Positions 8,181-17,434 of a stretch of DNA of 64,000 nt are shown piece after piece. The DNA comes from a virus. The DNA lies in the IMG/VR virus record IMGVR_UViG_3300011013_000009, positions 13,442 to 77,441 of that record. One strand, 5' to 3'. The notes under the pieces are model-generated. The model did no database searches and had not been told where the DNA came from. It saw only the letters and a list, made by a program, of their open reading frames with translations. Both the position numbers and the translations under genes were made by a program. Numbering within the stretch: the first letter of the stretch is position 1; each line of letters begins with the position of its first letter.

Positions 8181-8948
8181 ATGAGTGAAAAATATTTAAG
8201 AAATATTATAAGAAATCAATTATTAGCTGTCTTAAATGAACAAGAAATTGAAACTTCTCCTTTCACAGCAGCTGAAGAAAAGTTTTTAGCAAAATTTGCT
8301 GAACTAGGAACTACCTCATTGGGTATAATCTATTCGCCAAATGAAGTTGGAGTGCGTGAATTTATCGGAAGAAGTGGGAAAGAACTAAATTTAACACCAA
8401 ATGTATTAGCAAAGCTTCTTAAAGACAAAATAATTAGCATTATTCCATATGGAGGATATGGAAGGAATGACGATTATACATTACAGTGCAACCTTCCACT
8501 TGATCAATTAGAAGGAATGAACTCAGGAACAGCAGAAGATGGTGGAGCTGATGGAGCTGAAGGAGCTGAAGCACCACCACCAGAAGGAGATTTACCTGAA
8601 CCCCCGGAGGTTCCCGCAGGTCCGCCTGAAGAATCTGCAAGATCAAGCAAGGATATATCGAAATTATTGGTTTCTGAAGCAAAAAAATCAAAAAAAAAGT
8701 CCAAAAGTAAGGTTCATACCAAGAAAGCAAGGACATTAGGTCGATTACCTGGTGGTTATGTGGTATATCTAGAACGAATTATTGAAATTTTAGGTCAAAA
8801 ATTGCATACTTCATTAGAGAAAGAACATTTGGTGGCTGATATACTTGATAATTTAGCTCATAATTTTGGTTTAACGCCACAACAAGTATATAAATCATTT
8901 ATTTTTTATAGATCTCAAAATAGATTACAAAATGTTATTAAAAAATAA
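8181..8948 (+). CDS. Putative virion/head protein with Pro/Glu-rich linker
   Basis: MSEKYLRNIIRNQLLAVLNE start; ATATTTAT at 8168-8175. Confidence 0.7.
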   Translation: MSEKYLRNIIRNQLLAVLNEQEIETSPFTAAEEKFLAKFAELGTTSLGIIYSPNEVGVREFIGRSGKELNLTPNVLAKLLKDKIISIIPYGGYGRNDDYTLQCNLPLDQLEGMNSGTAEDGGADGAEGAEAPPPEGDLPEPPEVPAGPPEESARSSKDISKLLVSEAKKSKKKSKSKVHTKKARTLGRLPGGYVVYLERIIEILGQKLHTSLEKEHLVADILDNLAHNFGLTPQQVYKSFIFYRSQNRLQNVIKK

Positions 8949-8959
8949 AATTATTATTT

Positions 8960-8991
8960 CTTGGAAATTACCTAAAAATTTTATATAATAT
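8960..8991 (+). promoter_or_regulatory. Host-type promoter
   Basis: CTTG-N20-TATAATAT, same geometry as the early promoters. Confidence 0.5.
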
Positions 8992-9005
8992 AATAAAAAA
9001 CAAAT

Positions 9006-9203
9006 ATGGGTTATTACACAGCAAAAGTCCAGTTAGAAGATGATTCATCTGGCAAAGTAAAAAAAGTAACTGAAATGTATCTAGTAGAAGCTATGTCAGT
9101 TACAGAAGCAGAAGCAAAAGTAGTTAAAGACTTTGGAACAACTGCATTTGATTATGAAGTCAAGGCCGTATCGGCAAGTAAAATCATTAAAATTATAGAA
9201 TAA
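9006..9203 (+). CDS. DUF4494-like protein
   Basis: GKVKKVTEMYLVEAMSVTEAEAKV matches the Bacteroidota DUF4494 signature. Confidence 0.75.
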   Translation: MGYYTAKVQLEDDSSGKVKKVTEMYLVEAMSVTEAEAKVVKDFGTTAFDYEVKAVSASKIIKIIE

Positions 9204-9490
9204 TGTATAAATTAGGAGAATCGGTTATTGTCACCGAAAGAAATAAGGACAAGTCAGAAAGACACCAAGTCGGTGTTATCATAAAACAAAGAAAAATCAA
9301 AAAACAGCCGTTTTATGATGTATTGTTAGAGACTAGGAGTGCTAGGATTATTTTAAATACTGCTAGGTCAAATAAAACATTTATCAATAGGACACTTTCC
9401 GAAAAATTGTGCGAAAGTGGCGACATAGTCGCAACCATTCCATATCATTCTTTAGCAGAAGAAGATTTATTACCATTTATCGATTCATAA
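9203..9490 (+). CDS. Hypothetical protein (SH3-like N terminus)
   Basis: ORF with TAATG coupling. Confidence 0.7.
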   Translation: MYKLGESVIVTERNKDKSERHQVGVIIKQRKIKKQPFYDVLLETRSARIILNTARSNKTFINRTLSEKLCESGDIVATIPYHSLAEEDLLPFIDS

Positions 9491-9792
9491 TGGGCCGACC
9501 AAGATTACCAGAACTAGAAAAATTACAAAATCGTGTCAAGAAAAGATATCCTGGCGCATTTTGTAGCACAAACCCATTTGGGGAGTATTATATTGATTGG
9601 AATGGTACAAATTTAAATAATACTTTTCTGTTAGATGATTGTGAGACTGAAGTAGAAGCTTGGAGACAGGCATCTATAACAGCTAAACACGAACAACATA
9701 TTAATAGAACACATCCTATGAAACAATGGATGAATGAAGAAAAGAAAAATCAAAATAAAGAACGAATAACTAAAAGGATAAGAAAACAATGA
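9490..9792 (+). CDS. Hypothetical protein (likely start ATG 9490)
   Basis: TAATG overlap with the previous stop; MGRPRLPELEK. Confidence 0.7.
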   Translation: MGRPRLPELEKLQNRVKKRYPGAFCSTNPFGEYYIDWNGTNLNNTFLLDDCETEVEAWRQASITAKHEQHINRTHPMKQWMNEEKKNQNKERITKRIRKQ

Positions 9793-10181
9793 ATAGTATC
9801 AATCAGCCTTGGGCTATATCTGATAAATTTAGACATAAATACGGAACAATTTGGTCTGATATGGATTTTAAAGTCAATGAAAAATTAACAAATTATATGT
9901 TTAAAACAGACCCGATGAACACATCAGTTGGGACATTAGAAATATGTGGTAAAAGTATACCATTAAAATATAAACACTTAATATCATATACAAATACCAT
10001 TTCAGAATTAGCAAAAGCATTATATTTTGAAAAAGATATATCAAAACATGATAAATTTGCAATTCCTATAGGAGCAAAAGAGTTTTATTTGAAGAAACAC
10101 GAAATAGGAAAATTGAATGAAACTTTAGGAGATTCTTTGGCTTGTATAGTTAAAAGTTACCAACTAGGACTATATTTATAA
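9789..10181 (+). CDS. Hypothetical protein
   Basis: ATGA overlap, 130 aa. Confidence 0.75.
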   Translation: MNSINQPWAISDKFRHKYGTIWSDMDFKVNEKLTNYMFKTDPMNTSVGTLEICGKSIPLKYKHLISYTNTISELAKALYFEKDISKHDKFAIPIGAKEFYLKKHEIGKLNETLGDSLACIVKSYQLGLYL

Positions 10182-10184
10182 TAA

Positions 10185-10622
10185 ATGAACATATATGATA
10201 AAATATTAGTAAGTTTGCCGGAATATAATTTCTTTCGTGAACTACCAGATGTTGAAAAAGTACAATATCTTCTAGAAGTTTATGACATAGAAACAAAGCG
10301 TGTTGGAAATAGCATTGTTAATGGATTAAATAATTTTTTTGATGATATTCGTGAAGAAGATGTTGAACATGGAATAGAATTTGATTCTATAGAATATGGC
10401 AATAAAAAAGATCGTGTTGATATCATGATTGATAATGAAAATATTGTTATAGAATCTAATAGTTTAAAAGCATTAAGATATATAGCATATCGATTTGTTG
10501 ATTCGGGCTATGTTATACTCAGAGACAAAAATACAGAAAAATTATTTCGAGCTGATAAAGTAACGAGGTATTTGCGAGTATATAAGATACTAGGGCAATC
10601 TAATTGTTTGTGTTATAATTAA
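10185..10622 (+). CDS. Hypothetical protein
   Basis: 145 aa; ATATTTAT at 10172-10179. Confidence 0.75.
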   Translation: MNIYDKILVSLPEYNFFRELPDVEKVQYLLEVYDIETKRVGNSIVNGLNNFFDDIREEDVEHGIEFDSIEYGNKKDRVDIMIDNENIVIESNSLKALRYIAYRFVDSGYVILRDKNTEKLFRADKVTRYLRVYKILGQSNCLCYN

Positions 10623-10628
10623 TTTTAT

Positions 10629-10865
10629 ATGAACCCACGAAATATTGTAACAAAATCTCCAACCGTAGAATATCAAGACAAAAGATATATTATTAACCGG
10701 TTAGTAAAAGAAGTAGAAGAAGAAGATCCAGAATATTGGAAATCTATTATTCCACATGATATAGTTTTAAAAAAAGATGGAATGCTTTGGTTTCTTTATG
10801 AAATTACTGAGGTGTTCCCTATAGACATAAAACATGGCAAAGAAGAAGAAACAAAAGATACCTAA
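10629..10865 (+). CDS. Hypothetical protein
   Basis: 78-aa ORF in an operon context. Confidence 0.65.
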   Translation: MNPRNIVTKSPTVEYQDKRYIINRLVKEVEEEDPEYWKSIIPHDIVLKKDGMLWFLYEITEVFPIDIKHGKEEETKDT

Positions 10866-11364
10866 ATATATTATTAACAAATTTTTAAAACCACAATTCA
10901 AAGTAGGTGATATAGTATTATATTCATTCCTAGGAGAAGGTGGTTATGGTAAAATTATAAGCATAAAAAATGAAAAAGCTGATCACAATGTTAGTTACAC
11001 GGTTGAGGGGAATGGTTACAAATATCCTTGTGGCCTTAAGATTAAAGAACACAAAAGCTACCAATTCGGATACATCTTATATGATGAAACAACAAATCAT
11101 ATCGGACCTCTTACAATCCCCAGAAGGAAAACTAATACAACAACAGATGATAGTAATAGCGGCAAGCGAACACCTAGAGATGGTAGCAAAATATTATCAA
11201 ACAATGCCGGAGCCAGATTCGGGACAGAAAATGTTGATAGGGATATCATTACAGACAACAGTATCCCAAATGATGAAGGCAGAAAAGATGATAGAGAGTC
11301 TTCGGAGCTCGAGTCTGCAATAGATAAACAGAAAGCTTTTTTGCGAGGATTTACTAAAAAATAG
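10834..11364 (+). CDS. Hypothetical protein, SH3/KOW-like N terminus
   Basis: FKVGDIVLY...GYGKII...SYTVE. Confidence 0.65.
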   Translation: MAKKKKQKIPKYIINKFLKPQFKVGDIVLYSFLGEGGYGKIISIKNEKADHNVSYTVEGNGYKYPCGLKIKEHKSYQFGYILYDETTNHIGPLTIPRRKTNTTTDDSNSGKRTPRDGSKILSNNAGARFGTENVDRDIITDNSIPNDEGRKDDRESSELESAIDKQKAFLRGFTKK

Positions 11365-11396
11365 GTTGGATTCTTGAATTTTATTTCTTATTATAA
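11365..11396 (+). promoter_or_regulatory. Host-type promoter
   Basis: GTTG-N20-TATTATAA with TGAA in the spacer. Confidence 0.5.
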
Positions 11397-11428
11397 TAAT
11401 GTAATTAAAAATTTAAAAAAATAAAACC

Positions 11429-11911
11429 ATGAAAAAATTAATATTATTAGCAGGAATCCTTTTAGGATTATTTTTAGGATCAAAAGTTTTTGGACAACAA
11501 TCAAATATTAAATATCCTAATATCGATAGTTTACAAACAATTGTATATGATGCATTAACTAATTTTGATAAATATGAATATTCGTTATTGAATTCTAATA
11601 TTCAAACAAAAGATACAATGTTATATCATTTTTTCGATGTATTTACTGGCAGTGGCATTTTTCTAGATACAATGGAGTCAAAAGAATGTATTAAAACTAT
11701 GATTGATATAGATTTACAATCTTTTATAAAACACGATGATTATTATGTTACATTTTTACCTAGAGATGATATGTTTTATAATAATGGTATAGATAAATGG
11801 GCGATTATTTCTAAAATGAAATCTGATATATATGACAATGTTCTATACGTAGAATTTTATTTTAATTCTGCTAATCAATTTCATTTTGTAAAAGTTACTC
11901 ATTGTAAATAA
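11429..11911 (+). CDS. Secreted/periplasmic protein
   Basis: Sec signal MKKLILLAGILLGLFLGSKVFG followed by Gln, as is typical of Bacteroidota. Confidence 0.7.
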   Translation: MKKLILLAGILLGLFLGSKVFGQQSNIKYPNIDSLQTIVYDALTNFDKYEYSLLNSNIQTKDTMLYHFFDVFTGSGIFLDTMESKECIKTMIDIDLQSFIKHDDYYVTFLPRDDMFYNNGIDKWAIISKMKSDIYDNVLYVEFYFNSANQFHFVKVTHCK

Positions 11912-11937
11912 TAATTATAGTTTATTATAACAGTAAG

Positions 11938-11958
11938 AAAGCGCTCAATGAGCGCTTT
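11938..11958. terminator. Bidirectional terminator
   Basis: AAAGCGCTC-AAT-GAGCGCTTT between convergent genes. Confidence 0.85.
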
Positions 11959-11984
11959 TCTACATTTAACTAACAATAATATAT

Positions 11985-12542
11985 TTATGTTACATTATAA
12001 GACCAGCCTCTGTAGTCATTCCAATCATCAGCTCCTGACATATTAGGTGTTATATTTCCACCTTGAGTACGTTTTATGTCTTGTATAACAGGCCATTTTC
12101 CCATTACTTTCGTAATGACATCCCAGTCTATTAATTGACTATTATCTTTATTACTACGTAAAAAGCTAACTAACGCCTGTGCTGGTACCATATCATGCAT
12201 TTCTTTTGGTATTTTATTAACATCAAAGTAATTCAACAACCGACCTGCTGCGAACTTTACATCATTTATAAAAAATTCATACTCGCTTTGTGAAAGATCA
12301 ACTTCTCCTTGTGCATTTATTGAAGGAACCAATACAGCCTTTAAAACACCCGACCAAGGTTTCACAACGTGTTCTTTTTGTTTTTTTGTAAATCGATCAT
12401 ACGCCATATATTTTCGTGGCTTTCGGTTAAGAGTAGCAGTTTTTATAACTTGCGGCTCTCCTTTTTCTGGTGCTGTAGCTTGTTCAGAAAGATTTTTTGT
12501 TCCAAATCTTCTCATGTTCTCTTTTAAAATATTTAAATTCAT
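11985..12542 (-). CDS. Hypothetical protein with ILKENMRRFGTKNLSE leader; only clear minus-strand gene
   Basis: Minus-strand ATATTTAT (12576-12583) and TAAGGA upstream; terminator downstream. Confidence 0.8.
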   Translation of the reverse strand: MNLNILKENMRRFGTKNLSEQATAPEKGEPQVIKTATLNRKPRKYMAYDRFTKKQKEHVVKPWSGVLKAVLVPSINAQGEVDLSQSEYEFFINDVKFAAGRLLNYFDVNKIPKEMHDMVPAQALVSFLRSNKDNSQLIDWDVITKVMGKWPVIQDIKRTQGGNITPNMSGADDWNDYRGWSYNVT

Positions 12543-12692
12543 TTCGATTTCCTTATATCGTTAGTTTTATTTATAATAAATATAGAATAAAATACTTTTC
12601 ATTATTTATTTGTATTCACAAAAAAATTCATTATATTAATAATAAATTGTCTATAGCAATATTTATATATAGACCAAAAAAGAAAGGTAAAA

Positions 12693-12839
12693 ATGAAAGA
12701 AGTAATTAATTCATCATGGTTTAGAGCAGCATTAGCCGGAGGAGCTGGAGCTGCATTAATGGTAACAGGTAACGTACTTTATGCAGGTATTGCATTTGGC
12801 GTTGGTGTTAGAGAATTGTTATTAGCATTCAAAAAATAG
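12693..12839 (+). CDS. 48-aa Gly/Ala-rich membrane peptide (not in ORF track)
   Basis: MKEVINSSWFRAALAGGAGAALMVTGNVLYAGIAFGVGVRELLLAFKK; ATATTTAT at 12659, AAGGT upstream. Confidence 0.7.
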   Translation: MKEVINSSWFRAALAGGAGAALMVTGNVLYAGIAFGVGVRELLLAFKK

Positions 12840-12850
12840 AAAGTTATAAT

Positions 12851-13030
12851 ATGTCAAAATTACGTTATAAAGAAAAAATCACAGATGACATTGTTGATGC
12901 AAGAGAAATCATTCGAATGGTTGGTCGTGGAATTGAAAATGGAAACATTGATCCACAATCTGCTATGATAAATTTAGCTGAAGCTATTCGGAAGTTGGAA
13001 AATGCAAAATCATTTGTTGATCGTGAATGA
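12851..13030 (+). CDS. 59-aa helical protein (not in ORF track)
   Basis: MSKLRYKEKITDDIVDARE...FVDRE; ATGA overlap with the next gene. Confidence 0.7.
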   Translation: MSKLRYKEKITDDIVDAREIIRMVGRGIENGNIDPQSAMINLAEAIRKLENAKSFVDRE

Positions 13031-14025
13031 AAAAAGTTTTCCCATACATTGTATTGTTAGCGGCATTATGTTTAGCAACTAGTGCCGCTTACTACAGCGT
13101 ATTCGGACTTAGCAAATTATTTTCCGCACAAACATTAGCTATTATTATAATGGCAGGTACATTAGAGGTTTCAAAATTAATCACTGCTACTTATTTACAC
13201 CGTTATTGGAAAAAATTAAATATACTTATTAAAATGTATTTAACTACGGCTGTTGTCGTATTAATGTTTATTACATCTATAGGTATATATGGATTTTTGG
13301 TATCTGCATATCAAACAACCGCAGACCAATTAACTATAATAGATAAACAAATTGCAGTTATAGAATTAAAGAAAGAAAGATTTAATGACCAATTAACTAG
13401 TTATAGTGCTGAAAAAGAACAGCTAGGAGAATCTATATCCGAACTATCAAAAGGATTATCAAATAATGTAGTTCAATATAAGGATAAAGAATCTGGTAAA
13501 ATTATAACTACTACATCTTCTTCTACAAGGAGAGTTTTAAATGATCAATTAGATGATTTTAAAGAACAAAGAAATAATATATCAATAAAAATAGAATCAA
13601 TGACAGATTCAATAACAAAATTAGATTTACAAGTATTAGATATAGAATCAAATAGTGAGGCATCTGCAGAGATAGGCCCACTAAAATATCTATCAGAATT
13701 ATTAGATAAACCCATGGACGAAATAGTTAATTGGTTTATATTAATTTTTATATTTGTATTTGACCCATTAGCAATCATATTATTAGTATCAGCAAACAAA
13801 GCATTTGATATAGTAAATGAAACAAAATATAAATTATATGAAAAACAAGATGTTCAATGTTCCATTCCAGATGGATATGAATATAATACACCATACCCAA
13901 TACCGGAGGAAATATTAAATGCCGAGGATAATCAAGAAGAAAATGTCGATTCCGTTCCGGAAGAGAAAACAGAGGTTAAAAAGAAAAAGAAACGTTTTAG
14001 GACAAATACAAAAGTTATATCATGA
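13027..14025 (+). CDS. Multi-TM plus coiled-coil membrane protein
   Basis: Three N-terminal TM helices, long coil, EIGPLKYL, WFILIFIFVFDPLAI. Confidence 0.75.
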   Translation: MKKVFPYIVLLAALCLATSAAYYSVFGLSKLFSAQTLAIIIMAGTLEVSKLITATYLHRYWKKLNILIKMYLTTAVVVLMFITSIGIYGFLVSAYQTTADQLTIIDKQIAVIELKKERFNDQLTSYSAEKEQLGESISELSKGLSNNVVQYKDKESGKIITTTSSSTRRVLNDQLDDFKEQRNNISIKIESMTDSITKLDLQVLDIESNSEASAEIGPLKYLSELLDKPMDEIVNWFILIFIFVFDPLAIILLVSANKAFDIVNETKYKLYEKQDVQCSIPDGYEYNTPYPIPEEILNAEDNQEENVDSVPEEKTEVKKKKKRFRTNTKVIS

Positions 14026-14183
14026 AAAAAGCAAAAACAAAAACAAGAGGGAATTATAAAAAAATGGCTTGTAAATATTGTGAGTCAATTGTTGAGCGAG
14101 TAGATTCGAACTCTGTCGCAGTTACATGTTCAAAATGTACTTTCAAATTATGTGAAGGTATTGATTTGGATAGTTCCGAATAA
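14022..14183 (+). CDS. 53-aa zinc-finger protein (not in ORF track)
   Basis: CKYC...VTCSKC; ATGA overlap. Confidence 0.7.
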   Translation: MKKAKTKTRGNYKKMACKYCESIVERVDSNSVAVTCSKCTFKLCEGIDLDSSE

Positions 14184-14196
14184 TTTATTATATTAT
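14165..14196 (+). promoter_or_regulatory. Host-type promoter
   Basis: TTTG-N20-TATATTAT upstream of the HD/sigma operon. Confidence 0.6.
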
Positions 14197-14207
14197 ATAT
14201 AAAAAAT

Positions 14208-14984
14208 ATGTTAGAAGCAGAGAAAATTAAATTAAACTGGGATATATACAGAGATCGTGTTAATTCATTATTTCCGGATAGAGCAGTACAATTAAATAAA
14301 TTATATGATGATTATGAAGATAGAATTATAATGATGCCAGCATCTTCTGTCGCTCATTTTCATAATGCATTTGCCGGAGGATATATTGATCATATACTTC
14401 GTGTTATGGATTGTGCAGAAAAATTATATGAATCATGGAAAGATATGGGAGCTGATATGTCAGGCTATACAGTCCATGAAATGTTATTTGCTGCAATGCA
14501 TCACGATTTAGGCAAATGTGGATTTCCAGGAGATGGAAATGAAGTATACCAAGTAGAAACTTCAGATTGGCATAGAAAAAATATGGGAAGGATGTATAAG
14601 CATAATGAAAACATTCCTTTTACAATGGTACCTGATTTATCAATATTTTTATTACACAAATATCAAGTTCCGATGTCTTGGAATGAATATCAAGCTATCA
14701 AAATACATGATGGTGTTTATGATGAAGCAAATAAACCATATTTTATTTCTAGGTCAGCACAATCAAAATTAAAAACTAATTTACCATTGTTATTACACCA
14801 TGCAGATCATATGGCATCGCAGATAGAATATGAACAATGGAGAAACGCAAAAAATAATTCACCAAAACCAGTAGCACCAAAATCAAAAGCTACTAAATCA
14901 ACCGCACTTAAAAATTTAGCAGAAAAAAATCCAACTATGGATAAGTCTATCTCTGATATTTTTAGCACGTTTAACGAAGGATAA
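14208..14984 (+). CDS. HD-domain phosphohydrolase (YhaM-like HD)
   Basis: PASS..HFHNAFAGGYIDH...HHDLGK...IHDG...LHHAD. Confidence 0.85.
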   Translation: MLEAEKIKLNWDIYRDRVNSLFPDRAVQLNKLYDDYEDRIIMMPASSVAHFHNAFAGGYIDHILRVMDCAEKLYESWKDMGADMSGYTVHEMLFAAMHHDLGKCGFPGDGNEVYQVETSDWHRKNMGRMYKHNENIPFTMVPDLSIFLLHKYQVPMSWNEYQAIKIHDGVYDEANKPYFISRSAQSKLKTNLPLLLHHADHMASQIEYEQWRNAKNNSPKPVAPKSKATKSTALKNLAEKNPTMDKSISDIFSTFNEG

Positions 14985-14985
14985 T

Positions 14986-15300
14986 ATGATTATATTCTTA
15001 ATATCAATATCATCTGTACTATTAATAACGACTGTATATTTTATATATAGAGCATATGTACTCGCAGGAGTATTAGCTGACGCTGAAGAATATATTAAAG
15101 ATGTAGAAGACTTATCTACTTATATGTATCGACAAATAGATGCTTCATATGAAGAAATGAAGCGTGTCGATCATATGGGAGCATTTCATGAAGATGATGA
15201 AGCTGGAACTACATTTGCTATGTTAAAAGATGTAGTTGAAAAATTATATAAGGAATTTAATGCCGAGAAAAAAGAAGCAGAGCAACAGGTATTGGACTAA
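14986..15300 (+). CDS. Membrane-anchored hypothetical protein
   Basis: N-terminal TM; AAGGA upstream. Confidence 0.7.
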   Translation: MIIFLISISSVLLITTVYFIYRAYVLAGVLADAEEYIKDVEDLSTYMYRQIDASYEEMKRVDHMGAFHEDDEAGTTFAMLKDVVEKLYKEFNAEKKEAEQQVLD

Positions 15301-15961
15301 CATTACCGAATGCTCAATATCTGCTTATAATCAATGTGCAGAAGAGCCAGTATTAAGGGAGCGAATATATAGAAGATTTATATTTCCTGCCTTTATGAAG
15401 CTAGCAGAAAATTTAATTAATAAAATGAAGTGTGAATATATAGATTCCACATTTCAAGATCTACAAACAGATATAGTTACATATCTTACAGTTCGCCTAG
15501 ACAAATTCAATCCAAATGCCGGAAGGGCATATTCATATTATACAAGAACTACATTTAATTATTTAATCGCAGAAAATCAAAAAGGATATGCAAAATTAAA
15601 AAGAAAAGCAGAGCCTGTAGATATAGATGATAATAGAAATGTTCTAATTGAAATGCATAATGATGAAATGCGAGAAACTTTAAAGTATTTTATGGACGCA
15701 TATATTGAATATTGTTATAATAATTTAAATTTTATATTTACAAATGAATTAGATATACATGTTGCTGATTCTATATTACATATTTTTTCAGAACGAGAAA
15801 ATATAGAACAATATAATAAAAAAGCGTTATATGTTTTTATCCGTGAAAGAACCGGACTACAAACAAACAATATAACAAGAGTTATAAAAGTACTTAAGGA
15901 AATTTATAACAACAAGTTTCTAGAATACGAACAAACAGAGTTCGTGAATTTGCCTTTTTAA
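15260..15961 (+). CDS. T4 gp55-like late sigma factor (likely start ATG 15260)
   Basis: Region-2-like LDKFNPNAGRAYSYYTRTTFNYLI; TAAGGA before MPRKKK. Confidence 0.7.
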   Translation: MPRKKKQSNRYWTNITECSISAYNQCAEEPVLRERIYRRFIFPAFMKLAENLINKMKCEYIDSTFQDLQTDIVTYLTVRLDKFNPNAGRAYSYYTRTTFNYLIAENQKGYAKLKRKAEPVDIDDNRNVLIEMHNDEMRETLKYFMDAYIEYCYNNLNFIFTNELDIHVADSILHIFSERENIEQYNKKALYVFIRERTGLQTNNITRVIKVLKEIYNNKFLEYEQTEFVNLPF

Positions 15962-15985
15962 TATTTATTATTAAAAGGAACTACT

Positions 15986-16420
15986 ATGGACATAAAAGAA
16001 GAATTATTCAAAGGAACTAGCTTTGCTGACCTAATGTCCGATGTCTATCACAATTCAAAAAAGAAAGATAGACAAATAAATCAATTAATATCTCAATTAC
16101 AACCACTAATACGTAATGCATCTGATGCTACTATAATAGTACCATTAATTAAAGAATACCTGGATGTTGCGGTGAAGAACGATGATCATTTAGTCAAATT
16201 AACCGCTATAGTCCAACGTTATATATCCGCTACACAGACAATTTCCGGCGAATCTTCATTATTAAGTGAAGAAGAAAAAATGCAATTATTAAAAGTTGCT
16301 GAAGAAACATTTGAGGACGAGTTATCAGATGAAATCAAAAAAATTGATGATGAAGATAAAGAGTTGAAAGAAAAAATTAAAAACGTTAAAGAATCGTTGG
16401 AGAAAAAAGATGCACGTTAA
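15986..16420 (+). CDS. Helical protein, possibly small terminase subunit
   Basis: Late motif at 15961-15968; helix-turn-helix hairpin size and shape only. Confidence 0.35.
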   Translation: MDIKEELFKGTSFADLMSDVYHNSKKKDRQINQLISQLQPLIRNASDATIIVPLIKEYLDVAVKNDDHLVKLTAIVQRYISATQTISGESSLLSEEEKMQLLKVAEETFEDELSDEIKKIDDEDKELKEKIKNVKESLEKKDAR

Positions 16421-17423
16421 GTTTCATTTAGCGGAAGTAATTTCAAATAATAATATTGATACGTATAAAAGAACTGAAATAGATAATTCAATTAATGATT
16501 TCTTTTTAATAACAGTACGTACATATGACGCTAATAGAACACAAGATATTGATTGTAGACCAGCTAATCCAAATATAAAACAAATTCCTTTAATAGGAGA
16601 ACATGTTTTAATATTTCAAGGAACAAATGAATTTAGTAATATCGATAAATTTAGACGCCAATGGTATTATCTTCCTGCATATTCTATACAATCAGCTATA
16701 AATGAAAATGCATTACCAGGAGTTGCTAAATTACGAGCAAGTGATATTAATCCATTACCAAGTCAAGATAATACTCCTATAGGTAATTCATTTAAACAAA
16801 AAGTTGTTTCTCCATTACAGCCATATGAAGGAGATACATTAATAGAAGGTCGTTTTAGTAATAGTATTAGATTAGGAAGTACAGTTACTGGTGGCGATTA
16901 TACATTAATGCCATCTTGGGGCGGAAATGCTAATGGAGATCCAATTATAATATTATCAAATAACCACACTGATTTACAAAATAAAAAATTTACAGTTGAA
17001 AATATAAAACAAGACGGATCTAGTTTATACTTAACATCGACGCAAACATTTCCAAATTTACAATTGGATATTCCGCTAACAAAATCAACATCTGAGAGTC
17101 AATATAATTCGCCTCAAATAATTGGGAGTGCAGATAGAATTATATTACAAGCAAAAAAAGATATTATTGCATTAGATGCAAAAAAACGAGTAACTATTAA
17201 TACGCCAAATTTACACATCGGAGATGAAACTGCGTGTGAAGCGATGGTGCATGGAGATGTATTATTGTCAATATTAATAGATATCCTCAATGTTTTATCG
17301 GCTGGAGGTATTGGTCCTAGTGGAATTCCAACTCAGCCTAAAGATTTAGCATCATTACAAAGCGCCCGAGAACAATTGCAGAATTTAAATAGTTCGAGAT
17401 TTTTTATAAAAAGAGATAATTAA
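16410..17423 (+). CDS. Baseplate hub/spike protein (gp5/gpV-like)
   Basis: PLIGEHVLI OB-fold-like segment, beta-repeat middle, AMVHGDVL tail; precedes gp25. Confidence 0.6.
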   Translation: MHVKFHLAEVISNNNIDTYKRTEIDNSINDFFLITVRTYDANRTQDIDCRPANPNIKQIPLIGEHVLIFQGTNEFSNIDKFRRQWYYLPAYSIQSAINENALPGVAKLRASDINPLPSQDNTPIGNSFKQKVVSPLQPYEGDTLIEGRFSNSIRLGSTVTGGDYTLMPSWGGNANGDPIIILSNNHTDLQNKKFTVENIKQDGSSLYLTSTQTFPNLQLDIPLTKSTSESQYNSPQIIGSADRIILQAKKDIIALDAKKRVTINTPNLHIGDETACEAMVHGDVLLSILIDILNVLSAGGIGPSGIPTQPKDLASLQSAREQLQNLNSSRFFIKRDN

Positions 17424-17434
17424 AAGGAGTTATT

